From NCBI GenBank assembly GCA_964188305.1, contig OZ076901.1: a stretch of DNA of 64,000 nucleotides. One strand, given 5' to 3'. This document shows, one piece after another, positions 1 through 10,794 of the stretch (the stretch's first letter is position 1; each line of letters begins with the position of its first letter). Under the pieces are notes generated by a model. It did not search any database, was not told where the DNA came from, and was given only the letters and a program-made list of their open reading frames with translations. A program made the translations under genes and the position numbers. Source of the stretch: Podarcis bocagei. Lineage: Eukaryota.

Positions 1-25
1 GCGGTGCACTCTGGGGCTCGTAGTC
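1..25 (-). promoter_or_regulatory. ZNF143/STAF (SBS)-THAP11-like promoter motif
   Basis: The reverse complement reads GACTACGAGCCCCAGAGTGCACCGC, close to the ACTACAnnTCCCAnnATGC(A/C) consensus. It lies about 50 nt upstream of the ATG. Confidence 0.65.
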
Positions 26-75
26 CCGCGCTCCTGAGGCGGCGAGGCCCCGACCGGCTTCCTCGACCGGCGACG

Positions 76-339
76 ATGGCGGCGGCCGTGGCGCCGGGCT
101 TGGGAGAGCGCTGGTGGGCAGAGCTGCCTCACCACGCCGTGTTGTGCCGCTTGCGGGAGCAGGCCGACAAGGAGGCCGGGCCGGAGCCGGGGTCCGAGTC
201 GTCGCGCCCGTCCCTCCCGCGGAACCTGCTGTTCGGCCTCGGCGGGGAGCTCTTTCTGTGGGACGGCGAACGCGCCGCCTTCTACGTTCTCAGCCTGAGG
301 GGCCTGGGCGACGAGCCCGACAGGCTGGGCCAGTACCAG
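76..339 (+). CDS. NUP88: NUP88 exon 1 (MAAAVAPG...RNLLFGLGGELFLWDGE...QYQ)
   Basis: ATG at 76; donor CAG|GTGCGG; 264 nt, phase 0. Confidence 0.93.
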
Positions 340-499
340 GTGCGGCTTTTCGCCCCGATAGGGCTCGGCCCTCACTTGAGGTGGCCAACCCGTGTTTGGG
401 GCGCTGCCGCTTCGGGCTTCAAGGTGGTGGCTCACCTGTGGAAAGCCCCTCTATATAGGACTATAGGCTTGCATTATCAGTAGCGATAATAATGAATGG

Positions 500-694
500 C
501 TTATTGCGTTTATATCCCGCCTTTTTTTCTCCCAAGGAACTCAAGGTGGCATACATGCTTCCCCAATTAACCCCACCACCATTACACATAAAACAACAAC
601 CCTGTGAGGTGGTTTTGGCTGAGAGGCAGTGACTGACCCCTAAGGTGACACCCAGTGAGTTTTGTGGCTGAGCAGGGATTTGAACGCAGGTCCC
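500..694 (-). mobile_element. Squam3-like tRNA-derived SINE, 5'-truncated
   Basis: Reverse-complement match to the + copy at 5651-5875 (ccaaggaactcaaggtggc...aaccctgtgaggt...ggatttgaac). Confidence 0.7.
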
Positions 695-1208
695 AGAATT
701 TTTGGGAGGGGCAGGTCTTTTGTTAGAGGGGGCAGAACCTCAGTTAAGCTATGTATTTTCATTGATCTTTATTGATTTAGGGGGGCTATGCCCAGGTCTC
801 TGATGTTCTAGTCTAGATAACTACTACACTTGCAGCTGTGTTTTTAATTGATGTCCAAGCATTGGGAGAGAATGCTTGAAGGAACACGACTGCTGGTTTC
901 TCCAAGCTTTTGTCCAAGGCAGACCCTGTGGGTTTAGTGGTCTCTTGGCTTAGAAGACAAGTAGCAGCTACCAGTGCCTTGCATGAAGCATAAGAATAAT
1001 ATAGGTAGTCCTCATCGCTCAGCATCCATATCAGATCATGCCTGAAAGAGTGAGCACAGATGAAATGGTAGGAAGCAACAGGTGCAGTTTGCTTGCAGCC
1101 AAATATGTAATTGAGTGACACACATGCATCTTGCACTAGTTTTTAAGATTTTGTTCTGCACAAAGTTCAAATATTTAAGCGTTAACCGATTGCTGCTTTG
1201 ATTTCCAG

Positions 1209-1378
1209 ACCCTTCTCTGCATAAATTCACCCTTTTTTGAGGTGTATCAAACTGCACTGAGTCCTACACAGGAGCATGTAGCTCTGATAGGAACAAAAGG
1301 CCTGATGGTGCTGGAGTTACCTAAACGCTGGGGAAAGAACTCTGAGTTTGAAGGTGGAAAACCAGTGGTTAATTGTAG
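1209..1378 (+). CDS. NUP88: NUP88 exon 2 ([14 protein letters not shown]...[16 protein letters not shown]...VNC)
   Basis: Acceptor ttccag, donor AG|GTATGT; 170 nt. Not in the ORF track. Confidence 0.96.
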
Positions 1379-1959
1379 GTATGTAGGCTCTCCATTTCTC
1401 ATAATTGCTTTGCAGCTCTAGAACTAGGGACGGTTGCTACTTCATTATCATCCGGGTCTGTAAAGAATGCAGTTTTGAGTACATTGTGTCAATTTCATTT
1501 GATGACTGTTTTTAATGAAGTTCTCAGGCATTATATTTGGAGGAACTTTTGTTTCAGCTGCATACATTCCACTACTATAGAGAGGCAGTCTCTTTTCAAA
1601 CTTTTTTAGAAGGGTGGCTGAGGTGCTTTATGGTGCAGTGTTAGGATACAGGCTTTGTAGGCCTGAGGTTCTAGGTTCAGTTCCTTGCTTTTCCATTAAA
1701 AGTGATTGCTTTTGGGCAAAGTTCTGAAGCAGTCCATCTTGCTGATGGCACATTTGCTTTGCTGTATCAAGTGGAGGCTAAGGCAACTTTTCTTTGCAAT
1801 GGAAGTAGTACAATCCATCTGCTCAAATTGCTCACAGTTAACATTCGACAGATCACTGCAAGGCTGGAAAAAAGAGTAAAGGCTGTTGAATTTCTCCCCA
1901 TTGTGGAAGAAACAGGAGAGGACATTGCACAGAGAACTCACAGCCTGGCAATCGGCATT

Positions 1960-2230
1960 ATTTGCTAGTATCAGTGACTTCTATGTGCACGTCACTAAAA
2001 ATGAGAGGATACAATCTATAAACAGAACAAGGAAGACAAGGGACGATGAGAGGCAAATGAAGGCAATGGTAAACAAGGATTGGATACGTGAATATTTCAG
2101 ATATATGTACTTGAACATAGTTATAGCACTAGGAGATAGAGGCTAGGGGACTGTGCCAAAGAATAGGTTTTGAAGAGAGAGAGCTTCACAAATACATTAC
2201 TGGGAGGCGATTCTAGGCATAAGCAGGGTC
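1960..2230 (-). mobile_element. Degraded L2-like LINE 3' fragment
   Basis: Purine-rich antisense pattern (acaatcta...ggttttgaagagag...gggaggcgattctaggcata) typical of old L2 ends. Confidence 0.4.
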
Positions 2231-2799
2231 ATTCGTGGGAGCAGGACTGTTAATTGGTTCAAAAACAAGATTTCAGGAGATGTTATTTTTGGACAGTAGC
2301 TACTCTTTCAACCTTTTTTTACATTTATGGAGAAGATCAGTTCGATTTTAGATTGGAAGCGCTTTCGATAACCGAGGCTGTGACTGCATTTTTACCTAGA
2401 AGAAAGCTTCCTTAGTTAAATTCTTTCATTACAGAGATAAAATGTTTGAGTACTGACCCTTTAGGACCAATGATAGCTAATTATTTAGTACCTAGAGTTT
2501 AAGCAAGGATAGTGTTCATGTAACACATCAAGTTAGGAAATAAAAAAGGACTGTTACAAGTCTGTGTCTATCCCTTGAGCTTTTTTGCTTTTGATAGGTT
2601 TGCCAGTTGGGGAGGAAAAGCCTGGCCTGTTCTTGTGCTCTTGACACCAGCTTGATCTGCAGAAATTGGCAGGGGACACAGGCATGAACGTCTGTAGCTC
2701 AAGCTGCTGGTCAAAGGCACAGCAACAGTCAAACAGTTGGCAGCCCTCTGTTGGGTTGGAACATAGTGCCTTTCATGATGGAGACCTGTCTTCTTGCAG

Positions 2800-2925
2800 C
2801 ACCATCCCTATTGCTGAAAGGTTCTTCACTAGTTCACCATCCCTGACCCTGAAGCATTCCGCCTGGTACCCCAGTGAGACACTGGACCCTCACATTGTGC
2901 TCTTAACATCTGACAACACGATAAG
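2800..2925 (+). CDS. NUP88: NUP88 exon 3 ([13 protein letters not shown]...LLTSDNTIR)
   Basis: Acceptor ttgcag, donor AG|GTAACT; 126 nt. Confidence 0.96.
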
Positions 2926-3561
2926 GTAACTTTATTGCTCTGAATGGTTTGCTTTTGAGCAGGCTTTGAGAAATCCAAGGAGCCTGGTTTCCCTGACTGT
3001 TTAAAAAGGTGGTGCTGGTATCCAGTATATATTAGTCATCCTTTTTTATATATATAATTTAGTGGAATATAGTGGTGAAGAGTGTAAGCCACAGACTTTT
3101 AGTTTTCTGGTTCAAATCTTTGCTCAGCTGCAGACTCACTCAATGATCTTGGGCAATCTTTCTTACTTCAGCTGCCTCGTTGACAATAAAAGGGGGGACA
3201 ATAAAAGGTCTGAAATATTTTCTGTGCACTGCACATGCTGTATCATTGTTCTGTTGCATGCCCCCCCCAAAAAAAAATCTCTGAGCAGTGAGAGCCTCCA
3301 AGGGGTTCCAGTGCTTTGCTGGGTTTGGTTCCCTTGCAATAAAGGTCAATGGAGACTGGTGTCTTTTTGAGATACGGTTTTATAAAAATCATATGTACAA
3401 TCCGAGCATCAAATGGAGGGGCTCACAGCATTATCCTAGGACCTTTTCCAGCTAATTAGCAGAGTACAAATGCTTTCAGAGGCTAATTTAGCTTCCTTTA
3501 AATATTTATTTGATGGGGTCATTTGGAACCACATGCTTAGAGACCCACGGAGCAATTGTTT

Positions 3562-3772
3562 AAGCAATACTTATTACAGTTTTCTCCCACTCTTTTTTCC
3601 AAAAGACTGAAGCAAGGTAGCATGTATGCTCTGTCCTCTTATTTTATCCTCATAGCAACCCTGTATAGTAGGTATGTCAGACCTGGAGGGAGTGACTAGG
3701 CCAGGACTACCCAGCAAGGCTGAGGGCTAAGCAGGGCTTTGAACTGGGTCTCTCTGGTCTTGGTCTGACACC
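3562..3772 (-). mobile_element. Squam3-like SINE, degraded
   Basis: Same motif order as the other copies (gcaaccctgtatagtaggt...gagtgactaggcca...ctttgaactggg). Confidence 0.6.
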
Positions 3773-3941
3773 AGGGCAGCTCTTCAGCAGAAGTGATACT
3801 GCACCAGCTTCTGCCAGTGTAATAATGTTGGGTGCAGTACTGAAAATTGTAAAGGTATTCAGCTAATAAAGATTGGGTTTATAGAAGCTATTATCTGGGA
3901 TGTACTTCTTGTTTTTTAAAATGTCATATTTTGCTTTAAAG

Positions 3942-4028
3942 GATTTACAGCCTGAATTCACCCCAGACACCCGTGAAAGTGATTCATCTTTCAGAAGCTG
4001 ATGAGGAGACTCTAAGGCTCAATAAGGG
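3942..4028 (+). CDS. NUP88: NUP88 exon 4 ([10 protein letters not shown]...LNKG)
   Basis: Acceptor tttaaag, donor GG|GTGAGG; 87 nt. Confidence 0.94.
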
Positions 4029-4151
4029 GTGAGGTCTGAAGCTTCCCTCATAGTTGCCCCTCCAAGCACACCCCAACGGCCACTTTTTGTTGGGCAAACT
4101 GAATGTGTGCAGAGAACTGCTACTAACTCAACTGACTGCTCCCTCCCTTAG

Positions 4152-4328
4152 GAGAGCCTACACAGCATTGATAGGAGAAACGGCAGTAGCATTTGACTTT
4201 GGGCCCCTGGCAGCAGTCCCCAAGAACATTGCTGGGCAGCGAGAGAAGGAGGAAGTGCTAGCGTATCCTCTCTACATCTTGTATGAAAATGGGGAGACTT
4301 TTCTGACCTACATTAGTCTTCTGCACAG
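4152..4328 (+). CDS. NUP88: NUP88 exon 5 ([19 protein letters not shown]...[22 protein letters not shown])
   Basis: Acceptor ccttag, donor AG|GTAAAG; 177 nt. Confidence 0.96.
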
Positions 4329-4746
4329 GTAAAGGTCTAACCCAGATTCATGATCCCCCTTTCACCTTCATTTTTTGCACTGGGCAGTGCCTGACCAGAC
4401 CTCATAGATGGCTGGGCGGTAGGTGGGTACTGATTTGAACACCAATACAATTGCTCCTAGTTCAACTCTGAATGGAAACCCAGGGTTCAAGAATCAACAC
4501 TTGCCTCCTTGTATTGTTGAGGTGATTTGGTTGGTGTCTGATTAGCATATCCTAGCCTTTCTGCTCTGAGGCTGGCAAGGTCAGTTTGGTGTCTTGGTTG
4601 GCTGCAAAACTTTGCTGTTCCAGGTATTAGGCCATGGCTTGCTTAGAGTTTTTTTGAGGGTGGCAGCAACAGCAAACTGTCCTAGAAGTTTGGGCTCTTC
4701 CCAGTAGGCTTCCTTTGACCCCCCTCCCACCCCTATTTTTTTGTAG

Positions 4747-4933
4747 CAGTGGAAACCTTGGTCGGCTCTTGGGCCCACTGCCAATGCATCCTGCAGCTGA
4801 AGACAACTACGGGTACGACGCTTGTGCAGTTCTCTGCCTTTCATGCGTTCCCAACATCTTGGTGATTGCCACAGAGTCGGGGCTGCTTTATCACTGCGTG
4901 GTACTGGAGGGAGAAGAAGATGATGAACAGATG
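4747..4933 (+). CDS. NUP88: NUP88 exon 6 ([26 protein letters not shown]...EEDDEQM)
   Basis: Tandem acceptor tag/cag, donor ATG|GTATGT; 187 nt. Confidence 0.95.
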
Positions 4934-5650
4934 GTATGTTTGCCTGTTCAAGTAGTAACTTTCAGGAGAGCTTTCCCCCCCACCCCCCACCCCCGTTATA
5001 TGAGGAGGGACTGTAGTACTTTGCAGTCAAAAGGTCCCACACTCAAACTCCTGCTTTTCCAGTAAAAAGGACTGGGTAGCAAGTGGTAGGAGAGGCCTCT
5101 TCCAGAGATCACAGAAAGCTGCTGCCTGTCCTAATATTGGGAAAGATAGACCCATGGACTTGGCATAAGGTTGTTTTCAAGTGTATCCCCATCCTGGGTA
5201 TTCATTTTTAGCTTGCTATCTTTGCAGTCCTCCCCTTTTTTGTCACAAATTTTTCACATTATGACATGTTCTTACTGAGCATGTGACCAATAGTGCAGTG
5301 CTGTTGCACATTATTATGCTTTTCCTAAATTTATTTGTTGTACTGATATCCCACTTTTCCTCCAAGGAGCTCAAGGTGGTGTATGTGACATTCTCTCCCT
5401 CTCCAGCAATCTGTTCCCACAGAAGCATGATGGCCCTCTGCCAAGCTAATGATTTGCAGTTCCTAAACCCTAAAACTGCGGCTCATCTTAATTACGGAAG
5501 TTGGTTTAGTTTTCCCCTGATCAACATCTTTGTCTCTGCAGCCATAAACAATTTTGGAGGTTCTGCAAGGAGGTTGCACCCAACTCAGTTGTATCCAGAG
5601 TAGACTCAATGAAATTAGTGGACCTAAGATAGTCATACATGCTATTCATA

Positions 5651-5875
5651 GCAGCCAGCATGGTATAGTAGTTAGAGTGTCAGATTAGGACCCGGGAAAG
5701 GTTCAAGTTCCCACTCAGCCATGTTTCTCACTGGGTGGCCTTGGGCCAGTCACTGCCTCTTGGCCTAACCTACCTCACAGGGTTCTTGGGGGAATTAATT
5801 GAGGAGGGGGAGAGCCATGTACACCATCTTTAACTCCTTGGAGAAAAAGATGAGGTATAAATGCAGTAAGTAATA
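5651..5875 (+). mobile_element. Squam3-like SINE, near full length
   Basis: tRNA-like head with an A box (tggtatagtagtt) and B box (ggttcaagttccc), a MIR-like core (ccttgggccagtcac...cctacctcacagggtt) and an AT-rich tail. Confidence 0.75.
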
Positions 5876-6319
5876 CTCAACCCCTTGAGAATTAATGGAC
5901 ATGACTAAATACAGCCGGGTGTCTTATATTTCATATTCCTCTTGTATTGAGGAGCTATTTTAAAAACATTGCGCATCTCAGAAATGCACAATATTGATCT
6001 GCATTTGGACCTTAAAAGCATAAACACACAAAAGAGTAAGAAGTAGATATTGTTTCCCCTCCCCACCAGTTCACTAGGAGACAATTGAGGGTTCTCTATT
6101 TATATTTCTTTATTATTTGTACTTACAGCCCACACTTTATCAAATGCTGGGTTTCCTAATTAAAATACATGCAATGTGCGATTAAAATAATAAACAACCC
6201 CCCCATTTTTACCTTTTTTTGCGGTGGGGAGGGAGGTGCTTCCTAAGTGAATTTAATCCCTTGAGCTATTATCTCAAGGGAGGACAAATTTAGAAGTGTT
6301 AACCAAATCATCCCTGCAG

Positions 6320-6470
6320 TCTGTCAAATCCTGGGATTCAAGAACTGACCTCATTCCGTCGCTCTACGTGTTCGAATGTGTTGAACTGGAGCTTGCACTG
6401 AAACTGGCTTCAAGGGAAGGGGAGGAACCCCTGGAGTCGGACTTCTCCTGCCCAATCAAATTGCATAGAG
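6320..6470 (+). CDS. NUP88: NUP88 exon 7 (SVKSWDSR...[17 protein letters not shown]...CPIKLHR)
   Basis: Acceptor ctgcag, donor AG|GTAGGA; 151 nt. Confidence 0.96.
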
Positions 6471-6910
6471 GTAGGAGCACAAGTCAGTTACCTCTCTTGC
6501 TTTCCCCTTGCTCTGTTCACTTGGCATCCAATTAAAGCGACCTTTCAGGTAAATACAAAAATTAATCAATGCCAGGCTACCTGTTCCTTGATTTGCATGT
6601 AGCTTTATGTCACAGGATAGCATCACCCAGCTGGCCCAGCAAGCCGTTTACTGTCTCTTTCTGCAGCTCCCGGTAGTCTGAGTTGCTTTGCCATCTTGAG
6701 GCAGCCCACAAGTATTGCCCATCAATAAATAAGAGGGTGGAAACAATGTGGGTCATTGCTGGGAGTTCATGGAACTTCTTTACATAAACAGGTTTGGCAC
6801 AGTTCCATTTTCACGCAGTTCCACGTTGTCGCTATCATATGTGAACTGAAACCTTCCCATGTCTTTGTTGGCTCTCCATGAATGCATAAATATCTCACTT
6901 GCATTTTCAG

Positions 6911-7009
6911 ATCCCAAATGTCCCTCTCGATATCACTGTACACATGACGCTGGGGTGCACAGCATTGGAGTCACCTGGATCAACAAACTTCAAAAGTTCC
7001 TTGACTCAG
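6911..7009 (+). CDS. NUP88: NUP88 exon 8 ([20 protein letters not shown]...FLDS)
   Basis: Acceptor tttcag, donor AG|GTAGTA; 99 nt. Confidence 0.96.
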
Positions 7010-7718
7010 GTAGTAGTGAAACCTTCCTGCCTTGGAATGTTGCATTCCTACGCCTTGTTTCTCACAGATGCAACTTGTCTTGAGTAGTGTGCCAGTAGTG
7101 TGGAAAGGTGGGATATAAATAGAGTGGACAGTGGTACAGTTTAGTGAGACATCTGAATCTGGCAGACTATAGTTTACCTCCAACTAGAACTGAAAACCTA
7201 CTTCAAACTGTAGTTTCCAATTCAGATTTGGAGGTAAACTAAGATTTGACTGAGCCAGAAATAATGAAGGGCATCAGAGCACGTGCAGAGAGGAGGGAGA
7301 ACCAGAGCCTAAGGCATGACACTCACAACACAGCCATGATGTGAACTGAACCCATATATTGCTGGCGCAACCCATTAAAAAATGTGATCCAAAACTGGTA
7401 GGGCCAGAGCAAACTTGTCATTATCTGCGTCCTCCCAATGGTCAGGACCACCTCCTTTTCTCTTCCTCCACCTCCCATTGGGCTGCCAGGAAAGGGACAG
7501 GTGGCTTTTGTCAGAGATCTGAAATGATCACCTGCATCTTCTGTTACTCAGTCCAGTTCGGCTCCCTTCCCCTACCAATCCCTTTTCCCCTCCAGATTAC
7601 CACCCCCCCCCCGCCCCCACACATGACATTTGGCTAGGAGTTCTGATTTCCTCATTACTGTTCTGTGGGGTGATAGGTGTGACTCCCCAGTAACCTGCAT
7701 GTTTACTTGCTTTTTCAG

Positions 7719-7809
7719 ATGAAGAAGACAAGGACCGTTTGCAAGAACTTGGAGCAGAACAGAAATGCATCGTAGAGCACATCCTTTGCACAAAACCTCT
7801 GCCATGCAG
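7719..7809 (+). CDS. NUP88: NUP88 exon 9 ([11 protein letters not shown]...[12 protein letters not shown])
   Basis: Acceptor tttcag, donor AG|GTAAGG; 91 nt. Confidence 0.96.
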
Positions 7810-8491
7810 GTAAGGGTCTACTTCTTCCCAAATCCATATTCTTCTTGCAGCTGCTTATTGCTGGAGAATCCAGGCCGAGAACAGTTATACACAACTCAGT
7901 TTCTGAAAAATCAAGCATTGAATGGTTTTGTTTGTGTTAAGATTTGGATGAGCAAGCAGGGTGGACAGGGAAGGAGAACTGTGTTTGTGTCTCTCTGTGG
8001 TGAAGACAAGGCTCTTGACTGTTTTTGGGGTGCCCCTTTTTCTTAGTCTGGGTAAGGATGTTGGCTGGAAAAAGGCCTTTTTTGGAGAACATGAGAGAAC
8101 AAGGCATGAATGCTTATTCTGGGGATCTGCAGGAGGCCTTCAGTGAGCAAAAGGTTAAGCCCCATTACCCAGAGACGGGCAGGGAGATGTAATGAAACAG
8201 AAAACTTTACTGATGTGACACGCACTTAGCACTTCCTTAGTGAGTACCCTCAGAATCTTGTGTAGATCCCAGGTTGGAAACATCTGCATCCCAGGTGGGT
8301 TCAACAGAAGGAGGCCTTCTTAACTAGCAAGACATGCATGGATGGGCCAGTGGAAATTTCAGCTTTCTTCTAGTAAATGTGACAGATGCACGACTTTGAA
8401 CTGGTTTTTCAAGGTGTTGGAACAGAGCCCCAGTTGAGGCTGTACTGCAGTAAAGGCAGCACATTGGTGATACTGGTGGAAAACTGAAACA

Positions 8492-8644
8492 CAGAATCAT
8501 AAAATTGTAGAGTTGGAAGGGACCCCGAGGATCATATCGTCCAACCCCCTGCAATGCAGGAATATGCAGAGGTCCCATACGGGGATCAAGCCTGCAGCCT
8601 TGGCATTATCAACACCACACTTTAACCAACTGAACTGTCCAGGC
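8492..8644 (-). mobile_element. SINE: tRNA-Ile-like head + CR1-type 3' tail
   Basis: Reverse-complement head GCCTGGACAGTTCAGTTGGTTAAAGTGTGGTGTTGATAATGCCAAGG...GATCCCCGTATGGG resembles vertebrate tRNA-Ile. The tail reads GGGGGTTGGAC...GGTCCCTTCCAACTCTACAATTTTATGATTCTG. Confidence 0.75.
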
Positions 8645-9168
8645 ATTTCTGCCTGCTGTGACATTTCAAGACCTACCTAGTGGTCTTATAGATGTGATGG
8701 GTAGAATCTCTGCAAGACACCAGCATAGGGTCCACTGCAGCTCCTGGATATTTAAAGACTTATAAATCTTGCATTCAGCCTCCAGATGAAGAGGCAGAGC
8801 CAAATTGGGTCAAAATATAGGAATAGAGCCTAAATAGATGATAATGAGCTGGAGGGGTTATCTCTGGTAATTATAGATCTGAGAACAACGGTGGGGATGA
8901 TCTCTACTCTTGCTCAGTTTTTGCAGAAGACTGACCAGGAGAGACACTAAGTATTAAAAAGTCTAGGAAACCAAATCAGTATGAGGCTGTAAATGTGGCT
9001 ACAATGAAGGAAGAATATGATAAGAGGCACTTCAAAGATTTGCTAGATTCTGCGGTGGATTCTTTGTTGTGTTAGTCTGAAGACAGCAAGTGACTTCTGC
9101 TCTTCTGTTCTTGGGGTTGCCAATGTTTTCTGGGATAGCTTGACATTTTTTCTGTTCTGTTCCTTCAG

Positions 9169-9270
9169 CCAAGCAGCCTCAATTATAGGGTTTTGGATCG
9201 TCTCAGACATTCTGGGTCCCACAATGGTCTGCATCACCAGGAGCTACGAATGTGTCACCAAACCTCTTCT
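9169..9270 (+). CDS. NUP88: NUP88 exon 10 ([23 protein letters not shown]...PL)
   Basis: Acceptor cttcag, donor CT|GTACGT; 102 nt. Confidence 0.94.
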
Positions 9271-9701
9271 GTACGTACTGAGCCACATTTACCTATTTAA
9301 TGCTGAAATGTGGTAGGCATACTTCCAAGGACACAGTATATTTCCCTTATATAGTTGCTAGGACTCCTGAATTGCCTAGGTAACTCCTTCAAGTTTCCAT
9401 GGCACCAGGCTCTGCTGATCTTGAATTCATGACTGTTGATTCTCCTGGTAATCCCTGACATACCCCTTCATTACCTTGATTGGTACACTTGCCTTTCCCT
9501 TATTCCGAACTAGGCTTGTGTTGATAGTTCTCTGAAGTTTCTTATCCAGCATTTCATGCCTGCTCTTTGCAAAGGTCTGCAAACTTTTTTTTTTGGGGGG
9601 GGAGGGTGTAAAAGAATTAAAAACCTCTAAAGAACTTCATGAAAGCAAGTGGGGAGTGTCTTTGGAAACGTTTAACTGATGCCTGACACTTGTATTGACA
9701 G

Positions 9702-9860
9702 TTCTGCCATTCACCCACCATGCCCTCCTCTTCTGTGCACCAAGCAAGATTCGCCGGTTACAGTCTCGCCTCTCCGCATCTTGGCCGAATCGCAGGATTC
9801 CTTTGAGCGACACATCCGAAATATCCTGGATCGCAATTCTGCTAACCCTCTCCTATTGAA
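9702..9860 (+). CDS. NUP88: NUP88 exon 11 ([13 protein letters not shown]...[11 protein letters not shown]...NPLLLK)
   Basis: Acceptor tgacag, donor AA|GTATGA; 159 nt. Confidence 0.94.
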
Positions 9861-10624
9861 GTATGAAATCTTTCTGGAGGCAAAAGGCTTTCGTCATCCC
9901 CCATCACTCCTGTGTCCCCAAAAGGCAAAGGCACACCTTGGCCTTTGGTGTTGTTCGGAAGAGGGGGTTCCATCACCTGGTGTTCTCAGTCCCTTTCCTT
10001 TCCCTCTGACAGGGTTCACCCTTCTCATTGCTATAATCTTGCATAAGGTCTACACCTGCTGTTCCACCACCTCCATCTTCAGGATGGACTTATGCACAGT
10101 GGTCTTTCGTTCTGGCCGATCTCAGCTCCTCTTCTCCCACACTTGGCAGCTCTTGCAACTTCACTGGTGCCACCATAAATTTCTTGCTGCTCTTTCCGCA
10201 CCAGCATATCCTGCGGCTCAGTCATGGCACAGTCGCTTTGGGGTTCTGGCTGGGTTGTTAGGCTCATGGGACATGAATCTAGCAGGGTGAGTGGGCTACA
10301 GCAATGAGCAGGGCTTCTTGGCTTCTCTTTACTATATTATTAACTAAAAGGGAAGGATGGCAGAGGAGATGAGGAAAGTCAGCATTGAACGTCTTAAGTG
10401 TTTCTGGGCATTTTAAATAGATTGGCTTTCTGGTGTGTTGATAAGCATCCGACACGAGGGCTTATCAAATGCAATTTGATTGTAATGTCCTTATCTGAGC
10501 TGAACCCTCAGTTTGAGGCCAGTTAGAAATCTTCCCTAAATAATTGGACCCCTCTCCAGTTCAAGCTTCTTGATGCACACAGCCTTAGGGCAAATGGTGC
10601 CAGAAGCATTTGTGTGGCAAAGCA

Positions 10625-10773
10625 GCCTGGGATAGCTCAGTCAGTAGAGCCTGAGACTCCTAGTATCAGGGTCGTAGGTTCAACCGCCACATTGGGCAAG
10701 AGATTCCTTCATCACAGGGGGTTGAAGTAGATGACCCTCAGATCCCTTCCAGCTCTATAATTCTGTGGTTCTA
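10625..10773 (+). mobile_element. SINE: tRNA-Lys(CTT)-like head + CR1-type 3' tail
   Basis: Head GCCTGGGATAGCTCAGTCAGTAGAGCCTGAGACTCCTA...CAGGGTCGTAGGTTCAA...TTGGGC, followed by the shared CR1-like tail. Confidence 0.8.
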
Positions 10774-10794
10774 AATGCTCTTTATCAGAGCATG

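Larger units (their letters stand above)
1..430. promoter_or_regulatory. CpG island over the NUP88 promoter, 5'UTR and exon 1
   Basis: Very GC- and CpG-rich, in contrast with the CpG-poor remainder of the window. It spans the start codon, which is in a strong Kozak context (acgATGG, 73-79). Confidence 0.9.

Noticed and set aside
4-75. In-frame upstream extension of the NUP88 ORF (ORF track 4..483)
   Set aside because: It starts at GTG. ATG 76 has a strong Kozak context and matches the known N-terminus, and the part after 339 is intron read-through.
9861-10290. Long open tail of the 203-aa ORF 9679..10290
   Set aside because: Read-through past the exon 11 donor. The peptide shows no recognisable homology.
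10625-10700. Possible tRNA-Lys genes (also about 30400-30473 and 35275-35346) and tRNA-Ile (about 8570-8644)
   Set aside because: Stems are mutated and each runs directly into a CR1-type tail, so these are SINE heads rather than tRNA genes.
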